Source of the DNA: a virus
Reading direction: 5' to 3' (one strand)
DNA: 64,000 nt
IMG/VR virus record: IMGVR_UViG_3300002835_000063
Location: 44,881-108,880 of that record
Below are positions 37,475 to 48,650 of this stretch, one piece after another; the first letter of the stretch is position 1, and the number at the start of each line of letters is the position of its first letter. The translations under genes and the position numbers were made by a program. Below the pieces are notes generated by a model. It saw nothing but the letters and a program-made list of their open reading frames with translations. It did no database searches and was not told the origin of the DNA.

Positions 37475-40465
37475 TTATTGTCCTTCTAGTGATGTTATTC
37501 TAGCCTGTAATTCAGTAGTTTGCTGGGAAAGCTCCTGAATGGCTTTTGTTAGGTATGGAATAAGGCTCTGGTAGTCTAGGGTTTTTAGTGGCCCTTCACT
37601 TAAATCTATATCAGTTTCAACTGATTCTACTGATATTTCCCCTACTATTCCTAAATCAGAACTAAATACTTCTTGCACCTCCTGAGCAATGAATCCAGGA
37701 AGACGCTTATCAATGTCATCCACTAAAGAGTCAAAGGTCACTGGATTCAGTTGATTTACAATAGAAAGTCCCTCGGATATAGTTTCTATTTGAGACTTAA
37801 TTCTTCGGTCAGAAGAAGTTACGTTTAGTGCAAGTCCGGAGCCATTCCAACGAACTATCGGGTTAGTGGTAGAGATTGTCATGGTTCCAACTACTACGGT
37901 TGACCCAGAGGTAATCGACCCGGTGGACGTGATAGTCCCATTAGACCCCATGGTTGCCCAGTTGCCGGTACCAACGCCGCTACGAACAAAGGTGTCTGCT
38001 TGAATAGATTGGGTGGCTGTAACAATTCCAACTACATCCAAATTACTGTTAAATGTTTCTCCCGGAGATAGGGAAATTCCAGAAGAATTGACGCTAAATA
38101 TTGTTACTCCGCCAGTCTGAAAAGCTATTCCACTATTACCATTTAAAACTAAATTAGTAGACCCAGCAGAAACTTCACCTTTTTCAGCATTATCTGATCC
38201 ATAAAATACTAAAGAATCGGTGCCTCCATCTAAAACTACGCGCTTTCCGCTGGAACCAGTTTGAATGTTGCCACCAGTGCTGGTTATGCTTCCAGAGGCG
38301 GTAAGAGATCCAGTGAGTCTGGCAGTATCAATGTAGACATCGTCTAAATATGCATCACCATTGCCATAAAATCTAAACTTAGTTCCACCTAGGCCATCAA
38401 ATGCAAAAATACCGGGATCGCCTAAGCCGGTACCAGCCCCCCTAATTTCAATTCTTTGACTACCGGCAGGAGCCGTTCTAATAACACTAGAAAGAACTAA
38501 ATCAGCGGCAAGTTTTCCTGCCGTAACCGCACCGGCATCAATTTTATCGGCTTCGACAGCTCCAGCATCAATCTTTACGGCAGTTACAGCGCCTGCATCA
38601 ATTTTATCTGCAGTGACAGCATTAGTGTCAATTTTGCCCGCTGTAATAGCACCCGTAGCTATGGTATTTGAGGTGACAGCATCAGCACCAATTTTTCCAG
38701 CAATAATAGCTCCGGCTGCAATTTGGTCCGCTCCGATGGCGTTTGCCGCTATAGCATTTTGAACCACAACTCCGGGACCAAAAAGAGTAGACGCATTTAT
38801 TGCACCATTAGCCAAAGCACCAGCAGGAACAACTCCACCGTTAAATGGCCACTCGCTCAGTGCGGCGTAGACAAGATCTGTATCTACAAGAGGGGAAACT
38901 TGGGCGGTAACTTGCTCGGAGTATTGACCCTCTACGCCAGAGGTATCTACCAAAGATATTCTGATGTAGTAAGAGGTATTGTAGTTGAGATCAGTTAGAA
39001 CATCAAAACCACCATCAGCACCAAAGACTCTAGTACTCAAGGCTAGGTTAGCTGGCCCTGGAGTAAATCCAGGAGTCGTTGAAACATAGATTTTCATTAC
39101 AACAATGTCAGCCTGAGCCGCAATGGTTGTACTAGGGCCAGTCTTTAGATTTCCATCCCAAGTAACTGTTATGGTGCCCAGTCTGCTGGTGGCTACCGGA
39201 TTAGTTGGCTGGTAGTTAGTGTGATCGCCTGTTTTTTGCGTGGTTGTAATGCTGTCAGTGACTGCATTAGACTTTTCATTGCCGGAGTCATAGGCACGTA
39301 ATTTAAAATAGTAAGTATTACCAGGTAAAAACTTGTAGGCCGGACCAAAAGTAAAAGTAGTTAGAGTTGGATCCTCAAACTCTACGTCTGGGCCCCAGGG
39401 AGCTGAAGTACTTTCCCTCCAATTAAATATGTAACCAAGTAGGTCAGTTATGGGATTACCAGATTCACTGGTTGTTGGTGGAGTCCAAGTAGCAACGATT
39501 TCCGAGTAAGCTTGGTAATCAGCTCCAGCCACTTTTGGTGTTTCAGTAAGATTAAATGCTGTTGGAGGATTTGGCGGGTCACCATCACCAGGCAACGAAG
39601 CCGTGGATGAATCTACCCAACGGATGCCGTCCCAAAAATAAATTTTATCTGTGGTTGTATCGGCCCATGTAGATCCTACAGCAGCATACTTTCTTGCTAC
39701 TGGAAAAACATAGACTGGATCGTCAGGGGTGACGTTACCAGTAGGAGTTACGACACCAGCAGCCAACGTGTAAACAATTGTTGTATCCGTAACAGAATCA
39801 ATTCTAAAAAGCCCGTCAAGACCATAAGCCCTAGAATCTTCGTTAAATATGTCAACAAAAATAATGTCGTCAGCTTTAAAGTGATGAGTGGCGTTCATTG
39901 TCAAGGTGACTGTAGTGCCAGTTATCGAAAAATAATCTACCAGTCTTCTTGTTTGAAACCGTCTTCGACTAGCCCACGTCGTAGGAGCCTGGGTATCAGG
40001 CTTATAAGAATACGTGTTGGTAATAGTGACACCAGCTAGCTGATCCTGGGTAGGGTCGTGTCTGTAGCTTCTTCCTGTCCAAGGCGGAGTGTCTACTTGT
40101 TTTACTGTAAAGTTGTCTCCCGTTGAATCTACTTCAAGATTGGACGCCCAGTGTACTCCCGAAACATGAAGTCTTTCCCCAACCGCTAAATTTAAATCAG
40201 ACTGCGAGTATATTTCCACTCTGTCTTCCGCTAATCCAGTTAGAGCTTTTGGATACAACCATGCATCTTCCACTCTTCTCCACTGGAAAGGGGCATTAGC
40301 ACTTACTACGGATTCGGGGACCTCGACGGCCTCTCCAGCCTCCACAGCTGCAGCAACTTGATCGGAAGTTAGAAAGCTAACTGGTCTAAGTTCTACGGCT
40401 TTCACGCGTTGATCTAAACGACTCATTAGAGTCGTAAGTTTTCTCCTACGTCTTCTAATTCCCAT
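37475..40465 (-). CDS. Minor tail/central fibre protein with FN3 domains and C-terminal intramolecular chaperone (peptidase S74-like)
   Basis: YYFKLRAYDSG (FN3), AVTADKIDAG repeats, SSDRRIK...GFIAQEV...YLTKAIQEL. Confidence 0.85.
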   Translation of the reverse strand: MGIRRRRRKLTTLMSRLDQRVKAVELRPVSFLTSDQVAAAVEAGEAVEVPESVVSANAPFQWRRVEDAWLYPKALTGLAEDRVEIYSQSDLNLAVGERLHVSGVHWASNLEVDSTGDNFTVKQVDTPPWTGRSYRHDPTQDQLAGVTITNTYSYKPDTQAPTTWASRRRFQTRRLVDYFSITGTTVTLTMNATHHFKADDIIFVDIFNEDSRAYGLDGLFRIDSVTDTTIVYTLAAGVVTPTGNVTPDDPVYVFPVARKYAAVGSTWADTTTDKIYFWDGIRWVDSSTASLPGDGDPPNPPTAFNLTETPKVAGADYQAYSEIVATWTPPTTSESGNPITDLLGYIFNWRESTSAPWGPDVEFEDPTLTTFTFGPAYKFLPGNTYYFKLRAYDSGNEKSNAVTDSITTTQKTGDHTNYQPTNPVATSRLGTITVTWDGNLKTGPSTTIAAQADIVVMKIYVSTTPGFTPGPANLALSTRVFGADGGFDVLTDLNYNTSYYIRISLVDTSGVEGQYSEQVTAQVSPLVDTDLVYAALSEWPFNGGVVPAGALANGAINASTLFGPGVVVQNAIAANAIGADQIAAGAIIAGKIGADAVTSNTIATGAITAGKIDTNAVTADKIDAGAVTAVKIDAGAVEADKIDAGAVTAGKLAADLVLSSVIRTAPAGSQRIEIRGAGTGLGDPGIFAFDGLGGTKFRFYGNGDAYLDDVYIDTARLTGSLTASGSITSTGGNIQTGSSGKRVVLDGGTDSLVFYGSDNAEKGEVSAGSTNLVLNGNSGIAFQTGGVTIFSVNSSGISLSPGETFNSNLDVVGIVTATQSIQADTFVRSGVGTGNWATMGSNGTITSTGSITSGSTVVVGTMTISTTNPIVRWNGSGLALNVTSSDRRIKSQIETISEGLSIVNQLNPVTFDSLVDDIDKRLPGFIAQEVQEVFSSDLGIVGEISVESVETDIDLSEGPLKTLDYQSLIPYLTKAIQELSQQTTELQARITSLEGQ

Positions 40466-42782
40466 TGAAAGCCTTTCCGTCTATAATTGTCACTCCAGAT
40501 ATTGGTACAGATGGTTCTGTAATTAGCTCTAAAGAAACTTCTTCCGGGTAGCTAGGCGAGTCTGGAATTGAGACAGAGTAAGAAACTATTTTTCTAACTA
40601 GCACTCCCGCGTCCGTTCCATAGTCTTGCTCCAAGTAGCTATCTGCCCTCAGAGCAACAAAATCATCATTTAATTTTACCGAGCACCAGTCTCCCGGATT
40701 ATAAGTTCCAAGCTTAGGATTAGCAGAACCATTTACTGAAATAGTAAATGTACTAATTGGTGGAACTGACTCCTCTAAAAGTCTAGAAGCTTGCTTCCAC
40801 AAAACAGTTTCATCTGCAGAATCTAAATCTTCCGACTGATCCAAAATGGGCCAACCCTGCCTCAGTAGTTTATGATTAGAGGCCGCAGAATATGGCTGGC
40901 TTGCGTCGGAAGAAAGTCTTTCATCTCTTCCTTGAACAAAAAATCTGGTGGCAGACTCCTCAGCATTTTCCTCAAATTGAGCCTCGAGTATGTTCCCCGG
41001 AAACTCAAAAATTAAGCTATTAGCTCCATAAGCACTTGCTGGAATTGGGCCAGAGTAGCCACTTCCTTGTTCTTCCAAGTAATCAGTCAAGCTAGCAGGA
41101 ATTAAAGGTAAAAATTTAAAATATTTTTTAAAGCTGTTAGTGACCTGATCGTACTCACAATCTACTCGATATTCAAAACCAGTAGGTTTGGTGGAGTACT
41201 CCTCAAAAATTTCAGCAACAGTTTTTAGCTCAAACCCTCTAATAATTGGGTTGGCTTCGCGATTGGAACTAAATTGGTCGTTGTAGCTTAGATCTAATCC
41301 GATATCTCCCAGAGTAGAAAACTCTCCATAAGTTCCATACGTAACAGAAGCCCTACGTCTTGCAGTTGCAGTGAAGGCTGTCCCTACAGTTCCGCCAGAC
41401 ACATACGGAGCGGTAGTTGTTCCACCAACGGTTATAGAGTCATTGTCTGCAGTAATAATTGTGTAAGTTCCGTTGTAGGCAGAAGGATTGACAGAAGAAA
41501 CTTTAATTACCTGCCCGGCTGCAAAATCATTTTCCGCAAAACTAATAGTTATAGAGGTACCATTTCCAGATATCCCAGTGATGGCTTGCGGGCTAAGTTC
41601 GGTATAGCTTTTAGCTATGTTTGTTCCAACTTGTACAATCTTAAATTCAGTATTGGAAGAAGGATTATCTGGATCCTCGTAAATTCTGTAGTAGCCATCA
41701 AATGTCTGGCTAACATTTTCTATATAAACAATGTCATTTTCTTCAAATGGATGATTTGTGGTCGTTTCGTAGGTAGCAATATTTCCATTTCGCTTAAAGC
41801 TCGAAACTGTAACCGAGTAATTAGATTCATTAGTGCTGGCTAGATTATTGCCATTATTTGAGTAAGTAAAAGTGTAGTCATCGACTACAGCAAGAACAAC
41901 TGCTTCTTCATTATCAAAACTAGAGTCTGCTTGTATATCAGATATAACTACTTTTTGACCAGGAACTAGTTCGTGCTTTTTTGTACTGATGATAGTGGCC
42001 ACATTTGATGACCTAGAGACTGAAGCTATCTCATTAAAGAGAGTTATTCCTGGTCTGATTGCGTCATTGGCAAAATCAAAATCAAACAAATCCGTCTCAA
42101 GCTCGCGAAGTAGATCTTGAGCATATTGATAAGTATCTTGACGAGTTTGAATTGTGATTGGGTTTTCTGGGCCCATTGGAATTTGCGGAATTGTTTTATC
42201 AGTGCCGGTAGCAGCATCTGTGTACTTAGCTTCTACAGTAATTACAGACTTACCTTGTCCATTTGTAGAAGCGGTCAGAACTGGGAAGTATCCACTATAG
42301 AGTGCGTAGTCTCCGGTCCAGGAAATATAAACAGGTTCCCCGACAGTAAAGTTGTACTGACCACCTGTAAGGGTTGCCGTTAGGGTAGTTCCGGAGATTT
42401 CTCCAGTTGCTTCATAGGAACTATTCCAAGTCTTCCAAACAATTCTGTGAGAAAGATAACTTGTAAATTCAGCTGCCGACACAGAAACAATTTTGTCGAC
42501 CAAGCTATAAGTTCTAGACCAAATAATGCCGCCCCAAACGCAAATTCCGTCTCTAACAACGTATAGAGCTGTTTTTGCGGGCAATGTGTTTTCATAAATG
42601 TTTAAGTTATAAGTATCTGGGGTAACTGCAATGTCACCAGTAAAAGTTCCAGCTTCGGTGAGCGACCTAGAGTAGGAAACGCTTCTAAACGGAATTTCAG
42701 CTAAAAGCTGGTTGGTCATAAGGTCGCAGACAAAATAGCGATAGTTCACAGACTGATTGTCTGGTGAAGTAGTTATTGGCAT
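40455..42782 (-). CDS. Minor tail (baseplate hub-type) protein
   Basis: Position after Dit; YV.RDG..VWGGIIW.R motif of actinophage minor tail proteins; several inserted beta modules. Confidence 0.8.
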   Translation of the reverse strand: MPITTSPDNQSVNYRYFVCDLMTNQLLAEIPFRSVSYSRSLTEAGTFTGDIAVTPDTYNLNIYENTLPAKTALYVVRDGICVWGGIIWSRTYSLVDKIVSVSAAEFTSYLSHRIVWKTWNSSYEATGEISGTTLTATLTGGQYNFTVGEPVYISWTGDYALYSGYFPVLTASTNGQGKSVITVEAKYTDAATGTDKTIPQIPMGPENPITIQTRQDTYQYAQDLLRELETDLFDFDFANDAIRPGITLFNEIASVSRSSNVATIISTKKHELVPGQKVVISDIQADSSFDNEEAVVLAVVDDYTFTYSNNGNNLASTNESNYSVTVSSFKRNGNIATYETTTNHPFEENDIVYIENVSQTFDGYYRIYEDPDNPSSNTEFKIVQVGTNIAKSYTELSPQAITGISGNGTSITISFAENDFAAGQVIKVSSVNPSAYNGTYTIITADNDSITVGGTTTAPYVSGGTVGTAFTATARRRASVTYGTYGEFSTLGDIGLDLSYNDQFSSNREANPIIRGFELKTVAEIFEEYSTKPTGFEYRVDCEYDQVTNSFKKYFKFLPLIPASLTDYLEEQGSGYSGPIPASAYGANSLIFEFPGNILEAQFEENAEESATRFFVQGRDERLSSDASQPYSAASNHKLLRQGWPILDQSEDLDSADETVLWKQASRLLEESVPPISTFTISVNGSANPKLGTYNPGDWCSVKLNDDFVALRADSYLEQDYGTDAGVLVRKIVSYSVSIPDSPSYPEEVSLELITEPSVPISGVTIIDGKAFNGN

Positions 42783-42817
42783 TTTTGTCCTTAGTTGTCT
42801 TTACTCTATTTTAGCAG

Positions 42818-43993
42818 CTAGCCGATCCAACCAGACCTGTAGTAAATCGTGCAAGTGCTCCCTGCAGGAAAGGCAGAGATAGTTATTGTGTTCGTTCCGG
42901 GCTCTAGATATATCCAATCAATTAAAACTGAAGCTTTTTCTCTAGCGTTGGCAGTGTTTAAAAGCACTGCTGACTGGCCTCCGCTCACATAAGACGCCGT
43001 GACAGTGCTGGCCACAGTAAAGGTATTTCCAGAAGTTGCTATTACTTCTGCATCTATTACATCTAACGAAGAGGGAGTGATTCCAGTAACAGAAACAAGG
43101 GTTCCCTCAGCGGCTCCGCTGGCAGTAGCCGTTGTGTAGACAACATTTGCACCATTGCCGACAACATTAGCTATGTTTGCATAGTTGTACTCTACGGCCA
43201 AGACCTCGCGGTTGTATGTGTCTATCTCAAGTCTTGTACTTGCTCCGGTGCCAGCAACAATAGTTATTGACTGGTCATTCTCGGTGTTGGTGATAGTAGG
43301 AGTCGTGTTGGCTGCAACAGTGAATGCTTTGGAAAGCTCTATGATTACTGGAACTGCTACGTTTCCGGTGTTTATAACATTTGCTTGGCCAGTTCCTCCA
43401 CCAGACGCCGTTATTGTGGTGTAGTTGTAGCCATCGTAATTTCCATCTACGTATTCGTATTTGATAGGGTCTACTGCTTTTAATCCAATTGAGAAATCAT
43501 GGCGACCACGGGCATTAACGCTTGAGATTTGGGGGACGCCACTAAGCCTTACATAGGCAGCTCTACCGTTTTCGTTGGTGCCGTCCTCATAAACTATTAG
43601 CCAGCCGCCCGTTTTGATGAGGCTGATTGCCTCGATAAGAGCATTTCTAGCGGCAGGGGCATCCTCGGGAGACTGAGGCAAAAAGGATCCATTCAAAGTT
43701 ATTAAACGATTCGCCCAGCGGCCTACGGCATCATAAGATCCGTCCCCCCAGCCTCGAGGCAAATCTGGCAATTCTGATTCTGGAAGATTCCACCAACCAT
43801 CTATGTCTGTTACAACCCAAACAACATTGTTCGCATCAATTGTGTTTAAAGTGAGACCGTTGATTTCTACATCAGCGTTTAATTTAAGCCCAGAGAGGTA
43901 GGGTTCTGGGAGTGGAGTAAGAGACGTTCTTACAATTTTGTTTTCTTCGCCTTGGTTTACCGTACCACTTACTTGATCATAATATTCAGGCAT
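42818..43993 (-). CDS. Distal tail (Dit-like) protein
   Basis: Follows the tape measure gene; IDGWW, DPIKY, NTGNV..P, W.YLEPG.N motifs. Confidence 0.8.
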   Translation of the reverse strand: MPEYYDQVSGTVNQGEENKIVRTSLTPLPEPYLSGLKLNADVEINGLTLNTIDANNVVWVVTDIDGWWNLPESELPDLPRGWGDGSYDAVGRWANRLITLNGSFLPQSPEDAPAARNALIEAISLIKTGGWLIVYEDGTNENGRAAYVRLSGVPQISSVNARGRHDFSIGLKAVDPIKYEYVDGNYDGYNYTTITASGGGTGQANVINTGNVAVPVIIELSKAFTVAANTTPTITNTENDQSITIVAGTGASTRLEIDTYNREVLAVEYNYANIANVVGNGANVVYTTATASGAAEGTLVSVTGITPSSLDVIDAEVIATSGNTFTVASTVTASYVSGGQSAVLLNTANAREKASVLIDWIYLEPGTNTITISAFPAGSTCTIYYRSGWIG

Positions 43994-46611
43994 TAGACCG
44001 TACCCCTCTTAATTTCAAATGCTATGCGTCTAGAAACTAGTGCAGCTAGTTCGCGCTCATCCATACCCGGAGACGGGTTGACAGTAATGTTAATGCCGCC
44101 GCCAGCGCCTCGTAGAGCACCAATCATTGCATAATCTCTCTTAGATAGGCCGTTTGCATCTAGTGGCTCTACACGCTCTGGTCTACCAGCTTCAGCAATC
44201 TGAGCCAAAGTTCCGCCACGAGAAGGCATGACAACACCACCGGCAGCCAGCTGCGGGACACGGCCCAGCTTAACTTTAGCAATTGGCGAGAAAGTTAAAC
44301 CAATACCAAAAGTTTTGGAAAGCAAGTTTCCAAAGTCCCTAAGACCACCAAATAAATTATTAATTCCATCAATAAAGAAATTAATAAATCCTTCTGCTTT
44401 AGCAATTAAAAAGTTCATTACGTTAGCCCAAACTCTGACAAGAGTTTTTCCTGGATCATTGAAAAGATCGGATATAAAGCTACCGATACCGCCTAATATG
44501 TCTAGGAATCCATTCCAAGCTCCGGTTATAAAATCAACAAATCCTTGCCATATTTGTTTTCCAACTTCTGTCTGTGTAAAGAACATTTGCAGTCCAGTGA
44601 TTAGAAGTCCAATTACAAGACCCCAAGGACCCCCGAGGAATCTAAGCAAGACGCCGCCAAATGTGCGTATAGTGGCAAAGACTCCAGCAATAGCTGCTTG
44701 GAATCCTGGAGCTATCATTCCTAAAAACTTCCACGCAAGCTTGAAACCACTAACAATACCCCCAACAGTGAGTAGAAAGTTAATTGCTGTTCCAACAATT
44801 GCCATAAAGAAGAACTTTATTTGATCTAAAATAAAACCAATTGCTGTAAAAAATGCAAATACGCGAGCAATATCATCCAAGAATGGTTTGACAAGATCGC
44901 TACCAAAGAAGTCTGCTAGAGGTGCAACAAAAGAATTAAGAGTTTCGAAGAATACTGTTGGAGCACCTTCGTCAGCAAATGCAGCGAACAGCTCTCCCAG
45001 ACTAACAATTAGGTCTCCTAAAGCAGGAGCAGCATCTGCAAAGGACTGGAAAATGCTGTCCCAGTTGGACTGATTTTCTTCGCTAGCCAGTTTTTCGAAG
45101 AATTCACCGATCGCTGGATTAGCTCCTAGTTTTAGGAAAGACTCTACGACTTGACCTAAAAAGTCTACAACGGGACCAAAGTTATCTGCCAAACCTTTAA
45201 AAGTTTGACCTAGCTCGCGGCCATTCGCAGAAACGTTTCCGTTTTCGTCAATTAGGCTAGCAAACCCGCCTGTAATTTTTTCAAAATAGTCAAGAATTGA
45301 ATCAATGGCACCACTGTCATTTAGAACAGTAAAGAAGTCACCAAGACCATTTATGATGTTTCCAATAATTCCAAAAATTCTAGTTCCGGTAGCATACGCA
45401 TCACCAAACACCGATTCCAACCCAAATTCATCTAGATAGGTGTTCCACTCAACTAATGTATCCCTAACAAAAGTTAGGAACTGAGTACCAATACCATCGG
45501 CATCATTGAAAACTTTAAGTAGAACCTCTCCCAGTTCCCCTAAGATTTCTCCAATTAAAGGAATATTTTCTTCTAGGTTTTTAAAGAATGTTTCTACTTC
45601 TGCTTTGGCGCTATCAGTTAAGAAGTTGTCAGTGAAATTAATTGCGCCTTTACCTAGAGCATCTCCTATTTTGTCAAAAGCTGCTTCTAGACTCGGGAAG
45701 TAGAAAGATACAAGTTTTTCAATTTGGGTCTGAAGAACTGGTAGAAATCCAGAAGCAACTTTTTCTTTTAATATGTCTAGCTTTGGCCTGAGCCCAACCA
45801 AATACCTGGCAAACTTTTCTTGAGATTTAGTTAAGCCGGCATATGGATCTCCGCCCGCCCCCTGAGCTAAAGCTTCGGGGCCCTTAGCTACTTCCTCGTT
45901 TAAGTCTTTAGTTCTATCTTTTGCTCGTCTGTAAGCAAGCTCAGCTTCTTCATATGTCAGCTGAGCGTCGCGTCTTGCAGCCGAATTAGGTGGGAGGTCC
46001 GCGGTACGTCTTAGGTTTTCAAGGGCATTTTCTAGATTAAGAGCTGCTCTAGATTCAGAAAGCGCTGCCTCTTCTGCCTGAAATTGTAGCTGCTGAAACT
46101 CTTCTCGTAGTTCTTTTATAGATTTACCTAGGCCGCCAGTTTGTTTAGTTGCAGCACTAACCGCTTGGCTTATACCACCTAAAGCAAAACTAGCAAAAGC
46201 AAATGATAAACGTAACTGTAAAAAGGCAGACGCCAATCCAGCCACAGCCGGTAAGGCTCTGCCCACCGCGGCTACTAATGTAACTAATCCACCAATTAGC
46301 GCACTGACACCGCCAAGCAGTGCAGTTAGGCCAGTACCGAGGGTGTAGCTTGTTCTAACTAAAGATTTAAATTGTTCAGCTGCCTGTTGAGCCTCTGGAT
46401 ACATAGTCTTAAGTCCAGTGGCCACTCTCTGAAAAACATTGCCGGAACCAGTAGTAAATCCTCTGGAGAAAGCCTTACCTAAACTTTCTCCAGTACGCCT
46501 TCCAGATCCATCAATGCTTCCAGCCATGGCTTGTAGCTGACGCCTTAGCTGAGCATCAAAGCCTGTCGTAATAGCTTTTACGATAATATTAGCTTCGCCA
46601 ACTACTGCCAT
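43993..46611 (-). CDS. Tape measure protein
   Basis: MAVVGEANIIV start, long amphipathic helical Ala/Gly/Leu/Phe-rich body, LAAGGVV...IAEAGRPERVEPL C-terminus; follows the chaperone pair. Confidence 0.9.
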   Translation of the reverse strand: MAVVGEANIIVKAITTGFDAQLRRQLQAMAGSIDGSGRRTGESLGKAFSRGFTTGSGNVFQRVATGLKTMYPEAQQAAEQFKSLVRTSYTLGTGLTALLGGVSALIGGLVTLVAAVGRALPAVAGLASAFLQLRLSFAFASFALGGISQAVSAATKQTGGLGKSIKELREEFQQLQFQAEEAALSESRAALNLENALENLRRTADLPPNSAARRDAQLTYEEAELAYRRAKDRTKDLNEEVAKGPEALAQGAGGDPYAGLTKSQEKFARYLVGLRPKLDILKEKVASGFLPVLQTQIEKLVSFYFPSLEAAFDKIGDALGKGAINFTDNFLTDSAKAEVETFFKNLEENIPLIGEILGELGEVLLKVFNDADGIGTQFLTFVRDTLVEWNTYLDEFGLESVFGDAYATGTRIFGIIGNIINGLGDFFTVLNDSGAIDSILDYFEKITGGFASLIDENGNVSANGRELGQTFKGLADNFGPVVDFLGQVVESFLKLGANPAIGEFFEKLASEENQSNWDSIFQSFADAAPALGDLIVSLGELFAAFADEGAPTVFFETLNSFVAPLADFFGSDLVKPFLDDIARVFAFFTAIGFILDQIKFFFMAIVGTAINFLLTVGGIVSGFKLAWKFLGMIAPGFQAAIAGVFATIRTFGGVLLRFLGGPWGLVIGLLITGLQMFFTQTEVGKQIWQGFVDFITGAWNGFLDILGGIGSFISDLFNDPGKTLVRVWANVMNFLIAKAEGFINFFIDGINNLFGGLRDFGNLLSKTFGIGLTFSPIAKVKLGRVPQLAAGGVVMPSRGGTLAQIAEAGRPERVEPLDANGLSKRDYAMIGALRGAGGGINITVNPSPGMDERELAALVSRRIAFEIKRGTV

Positions 46612-46624
46612 TTATGTCACCTCC

Positions 46625-47352
46625 CTAACCTAACGGAGCACCTATATCAGAGCCAAAAGGCATAAACGAATCTGGATCAAACTCCGTTGGAGGAATGTAT
46701 GGTTTTGTTTCTTTGTTGGTAAATAACGGATCATCAAAATCAAAGTCATTTGAAGCATTTTTAGGAATGTAAGATCTGCCAGACTGCTTAGATGAAGAAG
46801 AAACCGCGTATCTATAGGTCTTGTTGTAAGTCTTATAGAGCTGAGTACGCAAAGAACTTACAGCTTCTGCTTCTTCGGCAGAACTATATCTAGAATCTGT
46901 CTCAAACAGATAATGGATAACATCAATCATTTCAGATGCCTCCATTTCTAGTAATCTCAATCCGTTAGCAAGGGCCTTACCGTTTACGTATGGCCAGAGG
47001 TCATCCGCCCAGGTTAGGAGACTTCTGGCTGCTGATTTGGGCGTCCGGAGTACTCCTCAACCAGCCACGCAATAATTTCTCCCAGTGTTTCCATGGTTAC
47101 AATTCGCTCTTTGTCTTCCAACAGAGCATTGAATCTCTCAAGGCTTTCATCAACTAAAATCTTGGAGAAAAATGTGCTAATAACGCTTAGAGCCTCTACG
47201 GAGCTCTCAGATTGAGACTTAGTAACCATATCCATCAAAACTTTTCCTTGAAGTACGGGAATGCAGGTAAATTCCTCGCCGTGGATTTTAAATACAATAG
47301 CCTCTTTATCTCCAACGCTAGCGCCAGAGCCAAAGTCTTTATATCTACTCAT
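46625..47352 (-). CDS. Tail assembly chaperone pair (G: 47014-47352; GT: -1 frameshift extension to 46625)
   Basis: Slippery C CCA AAT at 47041-47035; the -1 frame reads KSAARSLLTWADDLWPYVNGKALANGLRLLEM into the 46625..46960 ORF; directly upstream of the tape measure gene. Confidence 0.85.
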
Positions 47353-47436
47353 GTTTTTGTGTCCTTTATAAATAGTGTCTTTACTGGATTTTCCAGCACT
47401 ACTATTGTACCCGAGTAGGGATCTGTCTTATTTGGA

Positions 47437-47955
47437 CTACCTAATTACAATAGGTCGTATAAGGTGTTTTCTCATCGGCGTGGTTAGATATCGGTTAGGC
47501 CTAGTTCCAGGGTGTTCAACTATAGGAGTACGAACTATTTTGCTACCGGACCTAAAAACTAAAATTGGCTTTTCTTTTGGTGTAATTGTGTGCGGCCTAG
47601 TGCCCTCATGGTGAGCATATGCGTAAGACTTTTTTGCCCCTATCCATAGGTATTGGCCACCGGCATTTCCCAAGTGCCGCATGTGAATAGAGTTTCTCAG
47701 GGCTCCAGTTTTTACTCCAACTTGCTTTTTTGCATCCCTAACTATTGCTTGCCCTCTAAGCTCCAGCGCCTTCCAAAGTTTTCCAGCAGGAGTAGTTAGA
47801 ATCATTTTTGTGACGGGCTTGTAGATAATTACTTTTGATAGCCCGAAGGATAGAGGGAAAGAAGCTCTTCCAACTCCACCCCTTCTAGTGTTTTTAAATG
47901 ATCGAGCATATTTTTTGGCATAGTAGCCAGCTACGCTATCCGGAAGTCCATACAT
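47437..47955 (-). CDS. HK97 gp10-like neck/tail-completion protein
   Basis: VKTGALRNSI, YA..HHEGTRPH.I, V.HPGTRPNRYL. Confidence 0.75.
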   Translation of the reverse strand: MYGLPDSVAGYYAKKYARSFKNTRRGGVGRASFPLSFGLSKVIIYKPVTKMILTTPAGKLWKALELRGQAIVRDAKKQVGVKTGALRNSIHMRHLGNAGGQYLWIGAKKSYAYAHHEGTRPHTITPKEKPILVFRSGSKIVRTPIVEHPGTRPNRYLTTPMRKHLIRPIVIR

Positions 47956-47956
47956 T

Positions 47957-48466
47957 TTATGGAACCGCCATAGTTATTGTGAGAGTTGTGGTTTGAAATC
48001 CTCCCTCGGGGGAACCAACATTTAGGGTGGCAATCACACCGACACCGAACCCAGTTTCATCCCACTGGTCAAGCGAATTAATTGATGACATCAAAACCCA
48101 TGAGTCAATTGCCATAACTTCTGAAGCTGCCTCGATGGCTTCTGGTGCTGGAGGCCTTCCATTTTGGCTAACAATTGGAGTTATTCTAGATATTGAAACT
48201 CCTATAGTGGCACTCCTAGGAACGTGGCAACGCTGCGGCTCGCCTAGCTCGGCTCCTGGAGCACCTAAATACATTTGCTGGAAATAGACAACTAACTGTT
48301 CGCAATCAACTGCCGGTTCTGCCATAGTCCAGTAACGGCGTGCTGGCAACTCCACGTTGTATGATTGAAAAACAGACTGCACCCTCTCCAGGACACCCTG
48401 CATCATGTCTCTGAGATTTACCGCATCTTCAGAGACACCAGTTAGGTCTAATTCTTGGCTTGGCAT
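47957..48466 (-). CDS. Tail terminator-like protein
   Basis: Position; DCEQL.V and PEGG motifs as in actinophage head-tail genes. Confidence 0.6.
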   Translation of the reverse strand: MPSQELDLTGVSEDAVNLRDMMQGVLERVQSVFQSYNVELPARRYWTMAEPAVDCEQLVVYFQQMYLGAPGAELGEPQRCHVPRSATIGVSISRITPIVSQNGRPPAPEAIEAASEVMAIDSWVLMSSINSLDQWDETGFGVGVIATLNVGSPEGGFQTTTLTITMAVP

Positions 48467-48469
48467 GGA

Positions 48470-48637
48470 TTACTCCTCGATCGAGGTTTCCTCTGCCTTA
48501 ACTTCTACTACTGGCTCTACTACTGGCTCTGGCTTTGGGGCTGGAGCAGTAACGCGTGGAGCGGGAGCAGCCTTTTTTGGTTTAGGCTTCGCAACACCCA
48601 GCATGTCCTGGGCACGGAAGTTAGTTTGAATAAACAT
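48470..48637 (-). CDS. Small Pro/Lys/Glu-rich protein (55 aa)
   Basis: ATG at 48637 preceded by AAGAAGG; MFIQTNFRAQDM... Confidence 0.6.
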   Translation of the reverse strand: MFIQTNFRAQDMLGVAKPKPKKAAPAPRVTAPAPKPEPVVEPVVEVKAEETSIEE

Positions 48638-48650
48638 GTTTCCTTCTTTC

